62,544 nt of DNA, filler included, from Nemertoderma westbladi (GCA_032718475.1; 3 parts of 3 records of this genome joined end to end with filler, not necessarily neighbours in it), one strand, 5' to 3'. Counted from the first letter of the whole stretch, positions 11,289 through 22,598 are shown. The notes: generated by a model not told the origin, from the sequence alone. Program-made: numbers and translations.

Positions 11289-14200
11289 TTACGTTATGGA
11301 GTCCCTAGATATTTGTTGGATTAGGGAGGTGGTCGTGGGAAGAGTATCTTGCCTTCCATAGTTTCCGGACAGTTTTCGGTCTCTTTCCAGTAAACATAAA
11401 CGACCAGCTGGGCGATTGAGTGGTTGTGTTACTTTCTCCGCTCCCTTGGCCTGTCTAATCTTCGCCGGGTTAAGATGGGGAGGCCATTCATCTTCTTTAC
11501 TTAGGAAGTCGGGTTCACCTAACCAGTCTGGAGTATCTGTCAGTTCTTGAGGAGTTGCTCCTCTGGAGGCGATGTCGGCTAGATTGATCGTCTCGGGGCA
11601 ATGTCTCCATTGATCTACATTGGAGTTGATGTCGTCATTATCTGAGGAGTATGGTGTTCCCTCAGTTGGGTCGTCAACTTCACTGCTCTCCACTTCCCGT
11701 TCACTTAATTGATATACCTGTTCTTTTGGTAATCTTTCCATGAGAGTTCTACGGGAAGGGCCAGTAAAGTACCAACCCACTCTAGTTCTTCCCGCATAGA
11801 CTTGTAGTGGTTGCGGTTGAGCAGGCCGTTTCTCCAATGTCTCGAGCGCTTCATGCGCATTTTGACCGATGAGTATTTGGACTCCAGGGTAATCGGTGTT
11901 GAATCTAGGTATTTCAAGCTGCTGGGTGAAATCGTCCTCATCCCAGTTATAAGGTTCCACTTGGCTGGTCGCGAAGTTCTTTATCGCTACCATTTTTACT
12001 GACCTTATGCTGTGTTCTCCTAGTTCATCCTGGGGGGTGGACAACGCGCCTACATAATAATCCGCTATTACGGTAGATTTCCAAACCTGCATAATTCCTG
12101 ACATGTTTAGCTTAGTTCGGAACTTGGGTTGTCCAGCAAAGATGTCTTCGGCTAGTTCTTTGTCGATGAATGTTCCTGTGCTACCGGAGTCAAGGAGGGC
12201 ATTCACTATATAACTCCTTGTAGGTCCGTGGACCCTTAACTGTACTACAGGAAATTCTCGGATTCCTACATTGGAAGTTGGTGCTTTCCAAGATGGTTGT
12301 CTGTCAGAAGTAGTTAGGGGGAGCTCGCTGTCGGTGTCCTTTTCATATGTAAGTGCTCGATACACTGCGGTATTTGTCAGGTAACAGGATTCGTTTTTGT
12401 CGGAGAATTCGTCCGTATAGAATCCTTCCATCTCAGAATATTGGTCAGTGTCGTTCACATCACTGAATTGGACATGTAGTTCGGACTCACTTACCTGACT
12501 CGGGCTGTTTCGTTCGAATTCCGTGCGCAACAAGATATGATGTTTTGCGCCGCACTTTGCACACCTTGCGTCGGAGTAACAGGTTCGCCGTTGGTGTCCT
12601 CGTCTGAGGCAATTATAACACAACCGCTTATCCCACATGACTTCCCGTCTCTCCGTTAATGATTTCTTCAGGAATTCATCACACATATTCAAACGGTGGG
12701 GCCCGTCGCACAGCACACATTTTGGTTTGATGTTACTTACCTTACTTTGAGTAACGTTGTGCACACTCGTTCTTTCTTCGGGCTTTCTTACTTGAATTCT
12801 CTTAGGAGACGTAGGAGGAGTTTTTCTTACCTTTTCTCTCCTGTCATTGGTTCGAGACTTGAATTTACTTACGTCCTTAGTCACTTTGTTGTCATAGTAA
12901 GATCTTTCAGTGTCTTTCCCGCTGTCTTCCTCTTGAGAAGCCTGGCTTTCGCCGTCGTCTGTATAACCCACTGGTATTACCCTTCTCCTAGAAACAGGTT
13001 TCTCACTTACATTACTTTCCGATGTCTTCTCTCTGGACTGCTTTATGAGCTGTAATCTCACTTCGCCATCCAAGAATGACATGAGATCAGCCATGGTAGG
13101 GTCTCGTTGTTGTTGTTCCATCATATATAACACTTTCTTGTCCCAGCGTGTACCTACTCCACCCTTCGGTAAAGTAGAAGCCACTGCTCTAATAACCATA
13201 GCACTCTGATACTCATGAGACTTACCTAGCCAATCTAATTGTCTGCAGATCTCCTGAATCTCATCAGAAAACTCTATAATCCCGCTGCTAATAAACTTTC
13301 GGGGCGCTACCAACTTTGCATACAAATACCCAGCTATGTTATTCCTATTACCATACCTGATGTTTAGTGTATCCCAAACTTGTCTTAATCCGTCTGGATG
13401 TCCAATAAACTTTAACGCCATTAACTTGGGAGATCCTTCCAAGCACTCGATGAGGAATCTAAGTTTCTCTCCATTAGATAGTACAGAGTTCTGTATGTTA
13501 TCTATATAATATTCATTAAAAGGTAACCATTTCATCTCATCTCCATTGAACTTGACGATCTCTCCCACCTTTACCGCTTGACGGGCTTCGGTTCTAGCCA
13601 TTTGACGCGTAAAACTTTCTTGGGCCATTGTGTTATTTAATATCGAGTTAACGGTATATAAATTTCTCAGATTATTATCAAGTCTATATGGGATATCATT
13701 GTCAACAGGTTTATAATTACCCTTAATAGGGTTTACTATAGGAGTTTCTACTTCGCTAGCAGTATAGATGCGTGTAGGCTCCACACCTTGCGCATGAGAT
13801 ACTTCAGACCTAACGGGTTGACATATTGTCACAGAGAGTGGTGATATACCCTTTTGTAAATTTACTAATTTATCGTGTTCTAGTGCGATACTTCTCTAAC
13901 TCTAACCTACTTTCCTTTACAGTTCCCTTTAACTGTTGAACAGTCCCTTCTAACTCTCGGACCTGTTGGGAGGAGCGCACTCGATTCTCCTCCATCTTTC
14001 CGAGGAGAATATCCATCCCCCGCCGTCTCTCGTCTACCCAATCAACCGCCGAAGCGGGATCCGCCAACGTCGTAGCGGGCAGACGAGGGACTACGGGTGA
14101 TATATCCTTTATATTTCGCTCGGAGTCCAGGACCGACACTGTTTCAGGGGCTGTTCCTCTAGGCACAGATAATTTGGTGCTGTGTAAAGGGAATTTAAAG

Positions 14201-14796
14201 GTAGGTTCTGGGAGTACAGGTGTCTCTATCACCGAAGGGGTGATTTCAAGAACAGGCCTAATTATTTCAGGCTCATCTACTATAGTAGGGAGTCTTTCTA
14301 TTTTAATTATTTGGTCTGTGGGTTCTGTACTACCTATGTCTACACTATCCAGTTGCATTCTCGCTTCAGGAGGTAACGTCTGCTTGAGCATCCGTCTACG
14401 TCCGCTTGAACGAGATTTATTACTTCTACCCTCGGGATTTCTCATATCACCTTCATCGGAGGAGGCAAATCCCTGTCTTCTGGAGGTGTATCGACTCAGT
14501 AACCGCATCTGAGCTGCATCCATAGCTGTCCTTTGCTTCTCCAAGCACTCCCGCCTCGCCCGAAGTTTCTCCAGCTCTAGTTGGGTGGTCTCTTCAGATG
14601 CTCTTAGTTCTGCTTCTGCCACTGCTATCCTTCTTTCCGCTTCTGCCGCTGCCTCTTTCCTATCCGCTTCTGCCGCTGCTACTTTTCTTTCCGCTTCTTT
14701 TCTGTCTTCTATCCTTTCAAGACACTGTCCAAGTCGAAGACTCATTCTAACACCTTTCAAAAGACTATCTGACAGTGCCCGTTTTGTGTCAGACAT
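11289..14796 (-). CDS. gag-pro: BEL/Pao Gag-protease polyprotein with RNase H C-terminal stub; one frameshift near 13890
   Basis: Coiled-coil N-terminus; DUF1759-like KFNGDEMKWLPF...EKLRFLIECLEG...LNIRYGN; three zinc knuckles CVLCDGPHRLNMC, CYNCLRRGHQRRTC, CAKCGAKHHILL(H/R); protease LLDSGS...ILIG; QWRHCP..NLADIASRG...WP; 10-bp deletion relative to copy C. Confidence 0.92.
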
Positions 14797-16133
14797 ATTT
14801 GATTGTACAGTTGAATGCCTACTGCTATATTACAGTTAAAGCAAGTCTAGTAATTCAGTATCAACTGTTAGCCTAGTAATTAAATTACCGATACTGTTAC
14901 TCAGTTTAACGTGATATATATACAATGTATCAGAATACCGGTATACACTTATAGTATATATATAAGTACAAGGACAGGTTAGGTTTGGTTACAGAATACC
15001 GGTATAATTTCAGCACAAATATATATAAATATATAATAGGCCTATCGTGAATACCGGTATACAGCTTACACTTATAGTATATATAAGTATAATTATGAAC
15101 TAGAATTAATTACAGAATACCGGTATAATTTCAGCCTAAATTTATATATATATAATAGGCCTATTGTAAATACCGGTATGTCAATTATTTTAGAATAATT
15201 GAATTTCTGAATTTTAAGGGTTACTTGGTTACTTTAACTTACTTTATTACCGTTATTTAAGCAGTAGTCCAACTGATATTGAGACCTAATTGTTGTATGG
15301 CAGGCCTACTATTTATAAATCGTTTGAGTTGATTTATAATATATATATACCCGTTTAATGGGTTTTTGTCAATATTTGAAATAAATGTTATTATTTCTGG
15401 GGGGAGTCACTACACAGAAGCTGTGCGCTCTCAGTGAAGTGCTACTTGTTGGACACTAAAACAAATAATTCTAATTTACCTAAGTTACTTAATACTACAA
15501 ATTACGTACAATTCGGGTTGAGATTACAATCTCTAAATAAACACAAAAATTTACAAGTATGAATTTTAAGGGTAATTTTACAAGAAGTCTACTAACCAGC
15601 CTAACAAAGGGTTAGAATATCTGGTTATTACAACAGACAGGATACTACGGTATTTGAAAATAATAAGTAGTAGTAAATATACTGCGTTGTCCAGATAGGA
15701 AAATACCACCGTCTGACGACTTATAGCCGTATCGCTATAAGTACTACGTTATGTATCACGGAGTGTTCCTACCCAGAAGTTAATTACCGCGGTCTACCAG
15801 AACCAACGTGCCTATTAACCACTTTACAACACAAATATACTGCCTACACGCTAATTACCTTCGGAAAGCACTGTACACTAAACCCTAAATTAGGTACAAG
15901 TACTTGTACGACAAATAATTAGTAGTTAAAAATACTTGAACAGCTAAAAGAACCACGGTATCTGCCGGAGTGACCAAAGCATAAAATCTCCAGTCTTTAC
16001 CTACGCCAAGCAGCCCTGATGTAGTACCGGGGTTAGTTTAACTATAACGGTATGTATAACAAGCACAATTACTGTAGGAATAAACTTGGGGATATGAATG
16101 TTGCGAATAATCGCATAAACTCTGAATAATAAA

Positions 16134-16710
16134 TATTACGCTACGCGTACAGACTACTCAAACAAAATGCAGACCAAATACTGACAGACTACTATCAAGC
16201 CTAAACAAACTACGGTATATGCAGACTCCGAAATGGTTAGTTAGTATGCGTTCTAACCTAGTAGTACGACTTATTCTTTCAGAGGGGGTTTACCTCACAG
16301 CACTGGAAGCCCCTACATTCCCAACTGGCACTTTATCGGACATACACTCTACACACACCGAAATTTCCTCAGGCCTAACAACAGCCAGACAACTATCCAG
16401 CCTACAAATTATCTAAATAAGAATTATACGCTACCTGTACAGACTACACAAACAAAGTACAGACCAAACGATGGCAGACTACTATCAAGCCTAAATAAAC
16501 TACAGTATATGCAGACTCCGAAATGATTAGTTAGTATGCGTTCTAACCTAGTAGTACGACTTATTCTTTCAAAGGGGGTTTACCTCACAGCACTTGAAGC
16601 CCATACGTTCCTAACTAGCACTTTATCGGACAGATGCTCTACACACACTGCAATCCGTTCAGACTTCACAACAGTCAGACAACTATCCAGCCTACAAATT
16701 ATCTGTACAA
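16134..16710 (-). repeat. Tandem ~290-bp duplication in the 5' leader (also ~1070-1645 and ~33068-33645)
   Basis: Two units, each starting ATTACGCTAC/TTATACGCTAC and containing GCAGACTCCGAAATG...GACTTATTCTTT...ATCGGACA...CAGCCTACAAAT. Confidence 0.9.
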
Positions 16711-16974
16711 TCTGAGCAGGCTTACACGTCTTCTGCTCAATCTTAACCTACAAATAAATAAAATCGACAGAAATAAGTAAACTATACAAAGGAATGAGGG
16801 GTGATCAATCCCTAATCCCCTAGCAGCCTACAATATACAATATCTCAATCGAAATAGTACTGCTGTACCCGTACTGTAAGTAAGTACCGGTCCGGATGAT
16901 CAGGCAGTCAGGCCTACTGGTTACCGGTCGACCGGTACTAACAACTTGATTGCTTACGCCGCAATCAAGAAGCT

Positions 16975-16985
16975 ATAACTGTTAC
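16975..16985 (-). promoter_or_regulatory. Non-tRNA primer-binding site of copy B (putative self-priming site)
   Basis: ATAACTGTTAC abuts the 5' LTR; exact complement GTAACAGTTAT at 17723-17733 (and 7619-7629). Confidence 0.75.
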
Positions 16986-18155
16986 TGTTCGCGCTTTTAA
17001 GACCTTTGGCAGTTTAACCCGCCAAATCTATATGTCTTTTAGGTTATAAATCGACTTTAGCCTATGACAAGTATTTGACACAAATAAATCCAACATTAGC
17101 CGAAGCCAGTCTATGCGCGACCATTCACCCGCTGGATATACCCGGGAGACTGGATTCGGATGCTTTAATTTGATTGCGGTGCAGGCCTACCGTACTATTC
17201 GATTGATCGTTAATATATAATCTCTGACAAATATTATTCACTTTCGGGAAATATTAGCAGTTCCTTTAGGACGTGGCGCTCTATCTATATAAACAGAGCT
17301 ATGGCTTACACTAAACACAACGGAATGGATTATAAGTTACACATAAGGCGCATTCTTTAGGAGATGCTTTGTTACGCGGACAAGCACATACAGACTATTG
17401 CACACCGCTGCACACTGAATTGCCGATAGTCACTGATTTTAATCATATATAAAGAGAATAGCAACCGACATTTGTAGGGCCTATAAAATAGCATTCAATT
17501 CACTACAAACCACGATAATATAAGTCGCAATTGCTATATGTAGCCGGTCTCTCTAACCTTAGTGTATCAAGAAGATCGGGGTTTCTGATCGTTTATCGTT
17601 ATTCTCCAAATAACAATATGTAAACGAATGATACATTTAATAACAAACAGCAAATAGCAGTAAATAATGTGCAATACGTACCGTACCGTTATGTGTTCTT
17701 AGTGTCTCGTACCGCTGTACCGGTAACAGTTATGTGTTCTTATAATTAAAGCCGTTCTAATGTTGGAATAATTCAGAATAATTCCATAGCCGATGTTCAT
17801 GGCATCAGGAAAACCAACACACTGAACCCTGTGAGCTGTTGCAGGTAGCTTTCAACACAAAGAGGAAAAGCTCTCATTGGCAGAGTTCCAGTTTCTATAA
17901 GTTCCATGAATGTCTAAATGCCAAACCTCCCTAGCCTTTGCAGCCCATAGCCAACACAAGGCTAAATCGCTCTGATTGGTCGATCATTGTTCTGATTGGT
18001 TAATCGAACAGAACAAAGAGGCCATGCGTACAGCAAATCAGCCAACCAGCGGGCGGATTGTGCCACTAGAAGCAACAGTTTAGAGGATTTGAGCGAATGG
18101 GGGAAAACTGGATTACAAATGGAAAAGGCCAGTTATATCCCCAAAAGCTTTTACA
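16986..18155 (-). repeat. 5' LTR of copy B
   Basis: Direct repeat of 6882-8051; several CCAAT boxes (plus-strand ATTGG) in the right-hand, U3-like part. Confidence 0.97.
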
Positions 18156-20045
18156 GCTGGCATCTCTCCCTCGGGCTGGCAATTGCCAGGTGTGTCCGTA
18201 TGTGATATTGCTAATATCACATAGCCGAACATAATTGGTAAATCGCCACTTTCGACATTTTCCTCTGGGCGGTGCAGCGAATTGGATCTGCTAACAATCC
18301 CCCCATGCTATCTTCCCGGTGAGAAGATAGCATCAACCTTTAGTGCGTTCCAATTCCGCTGGAATCCAATCTAATATTGGATGTGGGGTGGAATTCTTTT
18401 CTCGGGACCAGCTTTCCAGACTGGCTTGTCTGGGTCTGTTTTCACTACCCACCCTTGGTACATTTGCGAGCTAAGCAGTACCGGTACCAAGGCATCTGGC
18501 GTCTCTGTTTAGACGATTGCCCTTTCTCCTCACTCAATTTTTATCCCGGACTCTATCGTACATTATCCCCTCGTTCAATAGTCCCATAGGACTCATCCTC
18601 CACACTGCTCGCCCTCACACTTGGATCTCGCACTCTTTTCTTTCCCCCAAACTTTCATACCTCCCCTCCCATGCTCCTCTAATACTCAACCCCTTTTGCT
18701 CTCACTCTCCATACTCCTGTTGGGTTCCCACGGTCTTCTACACGTATACGTTGTATATATTAAGTGAGTCCCTTGTCTCATCCTCTTGTTCCAGTCAATT
18801 AATCCCCAGTCCCAGTAGCTAATTGGAAAAAGGTTGTATCTGACAATAGTACGTATATTATAGATCTATGTATAGCAGTGAATGATTACGTACGTCCATA
18901 TTAATTGCACTTATATGAGTTATTGCACTTATATGATTTATTGCACTTATATGAGTTATTTGTACATTTAAGTCCTAGCATGGCCTTCCAGGCACATTAA
19001 CACACGCCCGTATCCAGTTCTAGAGTGCTCCTCCCGTACCCTCCGGAAACAATCTCATCTCCTTGCCCCTATCATCGTCCTGTCTCGGGCGTTTTCTTAT
19101 ATCTGCCTCTCTACCTGCTGCCTGCTACCTACTTCCTCTAGTCAGTCAGTGGTGGTCCATGGTCAAAATTTTTTGTTGGGCCAGACCGAAAACTTTATGA
19201 ATACAGTGGACTCAGTAATGATTCAGTCAGATTGGTGTTAAGGGGGGGGGGGGGGGGGGGGGTTATTGTCGAAGAAAGAAAAATAGTTTTATCTAAATTA
19301 TAACATTAAGTATAAGTTATAATTCATATGGTATTTTCGTATTGCAAAAATAAGATTGTAAGTATTTTCATGAAGTAACCTATGTTATTGATATATTGTT
19401 TATTTGTTTGGTTAAAAAGCCCAAAGCCCGCCACTTTAACCTGCTCCGTTAATTAAGTAATCTAGTTTAGTTTACTGTTTTGGTTAGAAAACACCGCCAC
19501 TGTAACCTGCTCCTTTTGCCACAGGTACGCATACTGTATGAATGATAACTGAACATTATTATCTAAATTGAAATTCAGAACACTTGTTGCTTTAAATATA
19601 GTTATTATCTAAATTGAAATTCAGAACACTTGTTGCTTTAAATATAGTAAGTTTTGTTTTATGTGTAAGTTCTAAGTTGGCCTTTAATCCTACAGTCCTA
19701 CTGTACGGTACGTAGAACGTAGACATGAACAGATGAAATTGCATAACTCATTTTGTTTGAAGTTGATGTCATTTGTTCTTTACCTGTATATAGGCCTACG
19801 TCTTAATAAATTTCTAGGCCCTCAATTGTCAGGACGTACCAGTCGGCTGCACAGCCTTTCTTTTAGTACAGTAGTACGCCTTGCCTATTACCTAGCACTG
19901 TAGCACCCACAGTCCTACACTGTACACCTACTGACCTAGCTTATTTCATTAGGCCTATATTAAATCTTCATTCAGTTAATACTGTAATATCCATTGCTTC
20001 TCGAACCGGGAGGACCTGAACTCTTTAAGCGACAACAATCAGATA

Positions 20046-22598
20046 ATGGAACGGTTTACTTGTGAGTCGGGCGACGCACTGCTAATTACCAAATCTATGT
20101 TTACGAACATCTGTTCGGAAAATGGTCCGTTTGTGCAGACGTTTCTCGAAGAATACCTGGACGCGAACTCGAGTTTTCTGGACTATTATGTCGTTAATAA
20201 ATGTACGGCAGGTCATATTACCGAGTGGCTGCTGCGTTCACTCACCTCTGGGTCTAACAACGCCGCCACCACCTCGGATTTGTCTCACAACACGACCCAA
20301 TCACAATCACCGGCCACTGTCCCGACTGCCGGGTACCACGAGACCAGTATGCCACAGTGTCCATTGACGGCATCGGCGTCGCCACCTACGTACCACCACA
20401 ATTACAATCCTGCAACAGGAAAGCATCCGCAATCTCGATACTCGAATCAACCCACGCCGCCTACCGAACCCTCCTCTATGCAGCCTGTGGTCAGGTTACA
20501 ACGTCTCAACCAGACAGACCTCCCGGGAGAACAAATACAAATGGATCCCAAACTGTGTCCGATAGACACCAAACCAAACCTCATTGAATATGAATCGAGT
20601 AATAATACAGGCAGTTCAACTTTATTATCTTATAACAACATATCCTCCTATACCCCCGCAGTAACCACAACCAACTCAAACCATTATTCTACCCAACCTC
20701 TATCAGCAGACCAGTCAGATGTTCCGGTAATCCCACGCATTAAGACGGAAGACGAACTGGAATATAAACCCGACCTAAACGAGGTTGGTGATGGCTTGGG
20801 CGATTTATTCTCGCCTATAGATGTAGCATATGGATACAGTACAGACACTAATGCTTCGACCACCCACTCAACTCAGCAGAATCTCCTCCCGGACTCTAAC
20901 TCCCTGTCTCACAACACCGCTCATGGTCCCTTAACAGACACTAACTCTTCACCAACCCTCACTACTCAGTCTCTAGACGACTTCAACTTAAACCTTCCCA
21001 ACACCTACAACCTCCTGTTGGCCTCTAAATCGACAGTTTCCAGTATCGGTGAGTTACTATCAGACTATGATTTGTATTGTAAACATCGTTTAGTCCGTAT
21101 TGCCCCCAAACTGGTCAGAGTAATTGTTTATGTTTATTTATAGTGACAGTTATGATATTTATTTAATTATTTATATATTTAATTAAATTCAATCTAGAGA
21201 CTGAAGCCTTTCTCACCAAATAACAAATATATTATACGAAGCCTATTTCCCAAACTCAACTCGCTGAATTGCAAACAATACTCCAGAATAGAGACATCCC
21301 ATGTTTAGCTTTGTCAGAGAAATGGCTGGACTCTATTATCCAGAGGAAGAAATATAAATACAAGGGATTCCATTCTGTGTCAGAGAAATGGCTGGCCTCT
21401 ATTATCCAGATGAAGAAATACAAATACAAGGGAATTCATTCTGCGTCGCACAAATTATTGCGATTACTCTGGAAAGAAAACAAAATCGTGTGCCGAGTAT
21501 ACCACCGGTCAGCCGGTAGCCGTTGATACTACTGTACCTGTACGCCTATACTGTGTGTTAAGTAAGTAGGCCTAAATTTTCCACCCACGACGTTCATTCC
21601 AGCCACCCCGACTATTGGCGTAATGAAATTTTTCCACCCACCCCGACTATTCGGGACTCCAGAGTACATATCTGAATCGCTGTCTTATAAATAGGTCCTA
21701 ACTATTGCGTCTATTACTTAAAATATTCCGTTTTTCCGTAATCAGTGCTGCAATATTTTCTAAGACCCCTTTAAAGGTTATAATATTTCAGTCAGTGTCA
21801 GTAATTAAGGTGCTTATTTTATATGTTATGTTTTTTTAGTAATTAAAGTATCAAACCTCACACGTATTAATTTACAATGTCTAATCGAAAATCGTATTTA
21901 TTTACATATAAGAATTTAAAACTACAGTAATTAGCTATTGACTAATTATTGCATTAATTACTTCAATTATTCTCGTTTCCAATATTCTCCATTTTTAATC
22001 CACTCCATTACTTTCTCTAGGCGACCAATCACAACCATCCCCTGATGATTCAGACATGCTCACTTCCGACGATGACGTAACACCCGGAAGTATGAATAGT
22101 CCCTTCGACCAACCTGGTCCCTCTGGTATTCAACCGCAGGACATTATGAAAGGAAGCCGCTCCAATGAGAAGCCCTTCAGCTGTGATACTTGTGATAAAG
22201 CGTTCGCAAAGAACAGCGACCTAATTAGACACCAACGGATCCACACCGGCGAGCGTCCTTACCAATGCGGCATCTGTTACAAACGATTCTCTCAACTAGG
22301 CACCCTAACCTCGCACAAGCGAACTCATAGTGGGGAGAAACCGTATAACTGCAACCTGTGTGGGAAACGTTTCTCTCAACTAATTTCCCTAACTACGCAC
22401 ATGCGAACTCATTACGGAGAGTGTCCTTACGTGTGCGACACGTGTGGGAAGGGATTTACAGCGAGCGGTACTCTAACACGCCACAAGAGATTACATACAG
22501 GGGAACGACCGTTTAGCTGCGATACTTGCGGGAAATGTTTCTCCCACCGACATCATGTAAAGCGCCACAAATGTATCCGCAGTGGGGAGACTCGGTAA
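20046..22598 (+). CDS. C2H2 zinc-finger protein gene, two exons (20046-21048, 22021-22598), about 526 aa
   Basis: G|GTGAGT donor at 21049 and pyrimidine-rich CTTTCTCTAG acceptor at 22020 join in phase; S/T/P-rich middle; four C2H2 fingers with TGERPY/SGEKPY linkers plus a final C2HC finger; AATAAA at 22755. Confidence 0.85.
21225..21530 (+). pseudogene. Decayed CR1/L2-like APE endonuclease fragment in the intron, with a ~60-bp tandem duplication
   Basis: RSLFPKL...[25 protein letters not shown] resembles the NIRSL...K...EL...DI.ALSETWL start of LINE ORF2. Confidence 0.45.

Larger units (their letters stand above)
6882..18155 (-). mobile_element. Complete non-autonomous BEL/Pao-derived LTR retroelement, copy B (11.3 kb)
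   Basis: Two 1170-bp LTRs with TG...CA ends; 5-bp TSD GCTGG (6877-6881 and 18156-18160); BEL-type Gag and protease; no RT or integrase motifs. Confidence 0.95.
6447..18296 (-). mobile_element. Possible older LTR (6447-6881 plus 18161-18296) interrupted by copy B
   Basis: Begins TGTGAC and ends CTAACA; the adjacent ATCCCCCC reads as a minus-strand PPT-like GGGGGGAT before TG; CCAAT-like boxes; no second copy in the window. Confidence 0.3.

Noticed and set aside
14174-14839. Plus-strand ORFs antisense to gag (also 31173-31811, 12696-13055)
   Set aside because: Shadow frames of a low-complexity coding region
17098-17160. HDV-like or hammerhead ribozyme in the LTR
   Set aside because: Minus-strand GAAUGG resembles HDV J4/2, but no P2/P3 pseudoknot partners or CUGANGA...GAAA core could be placed
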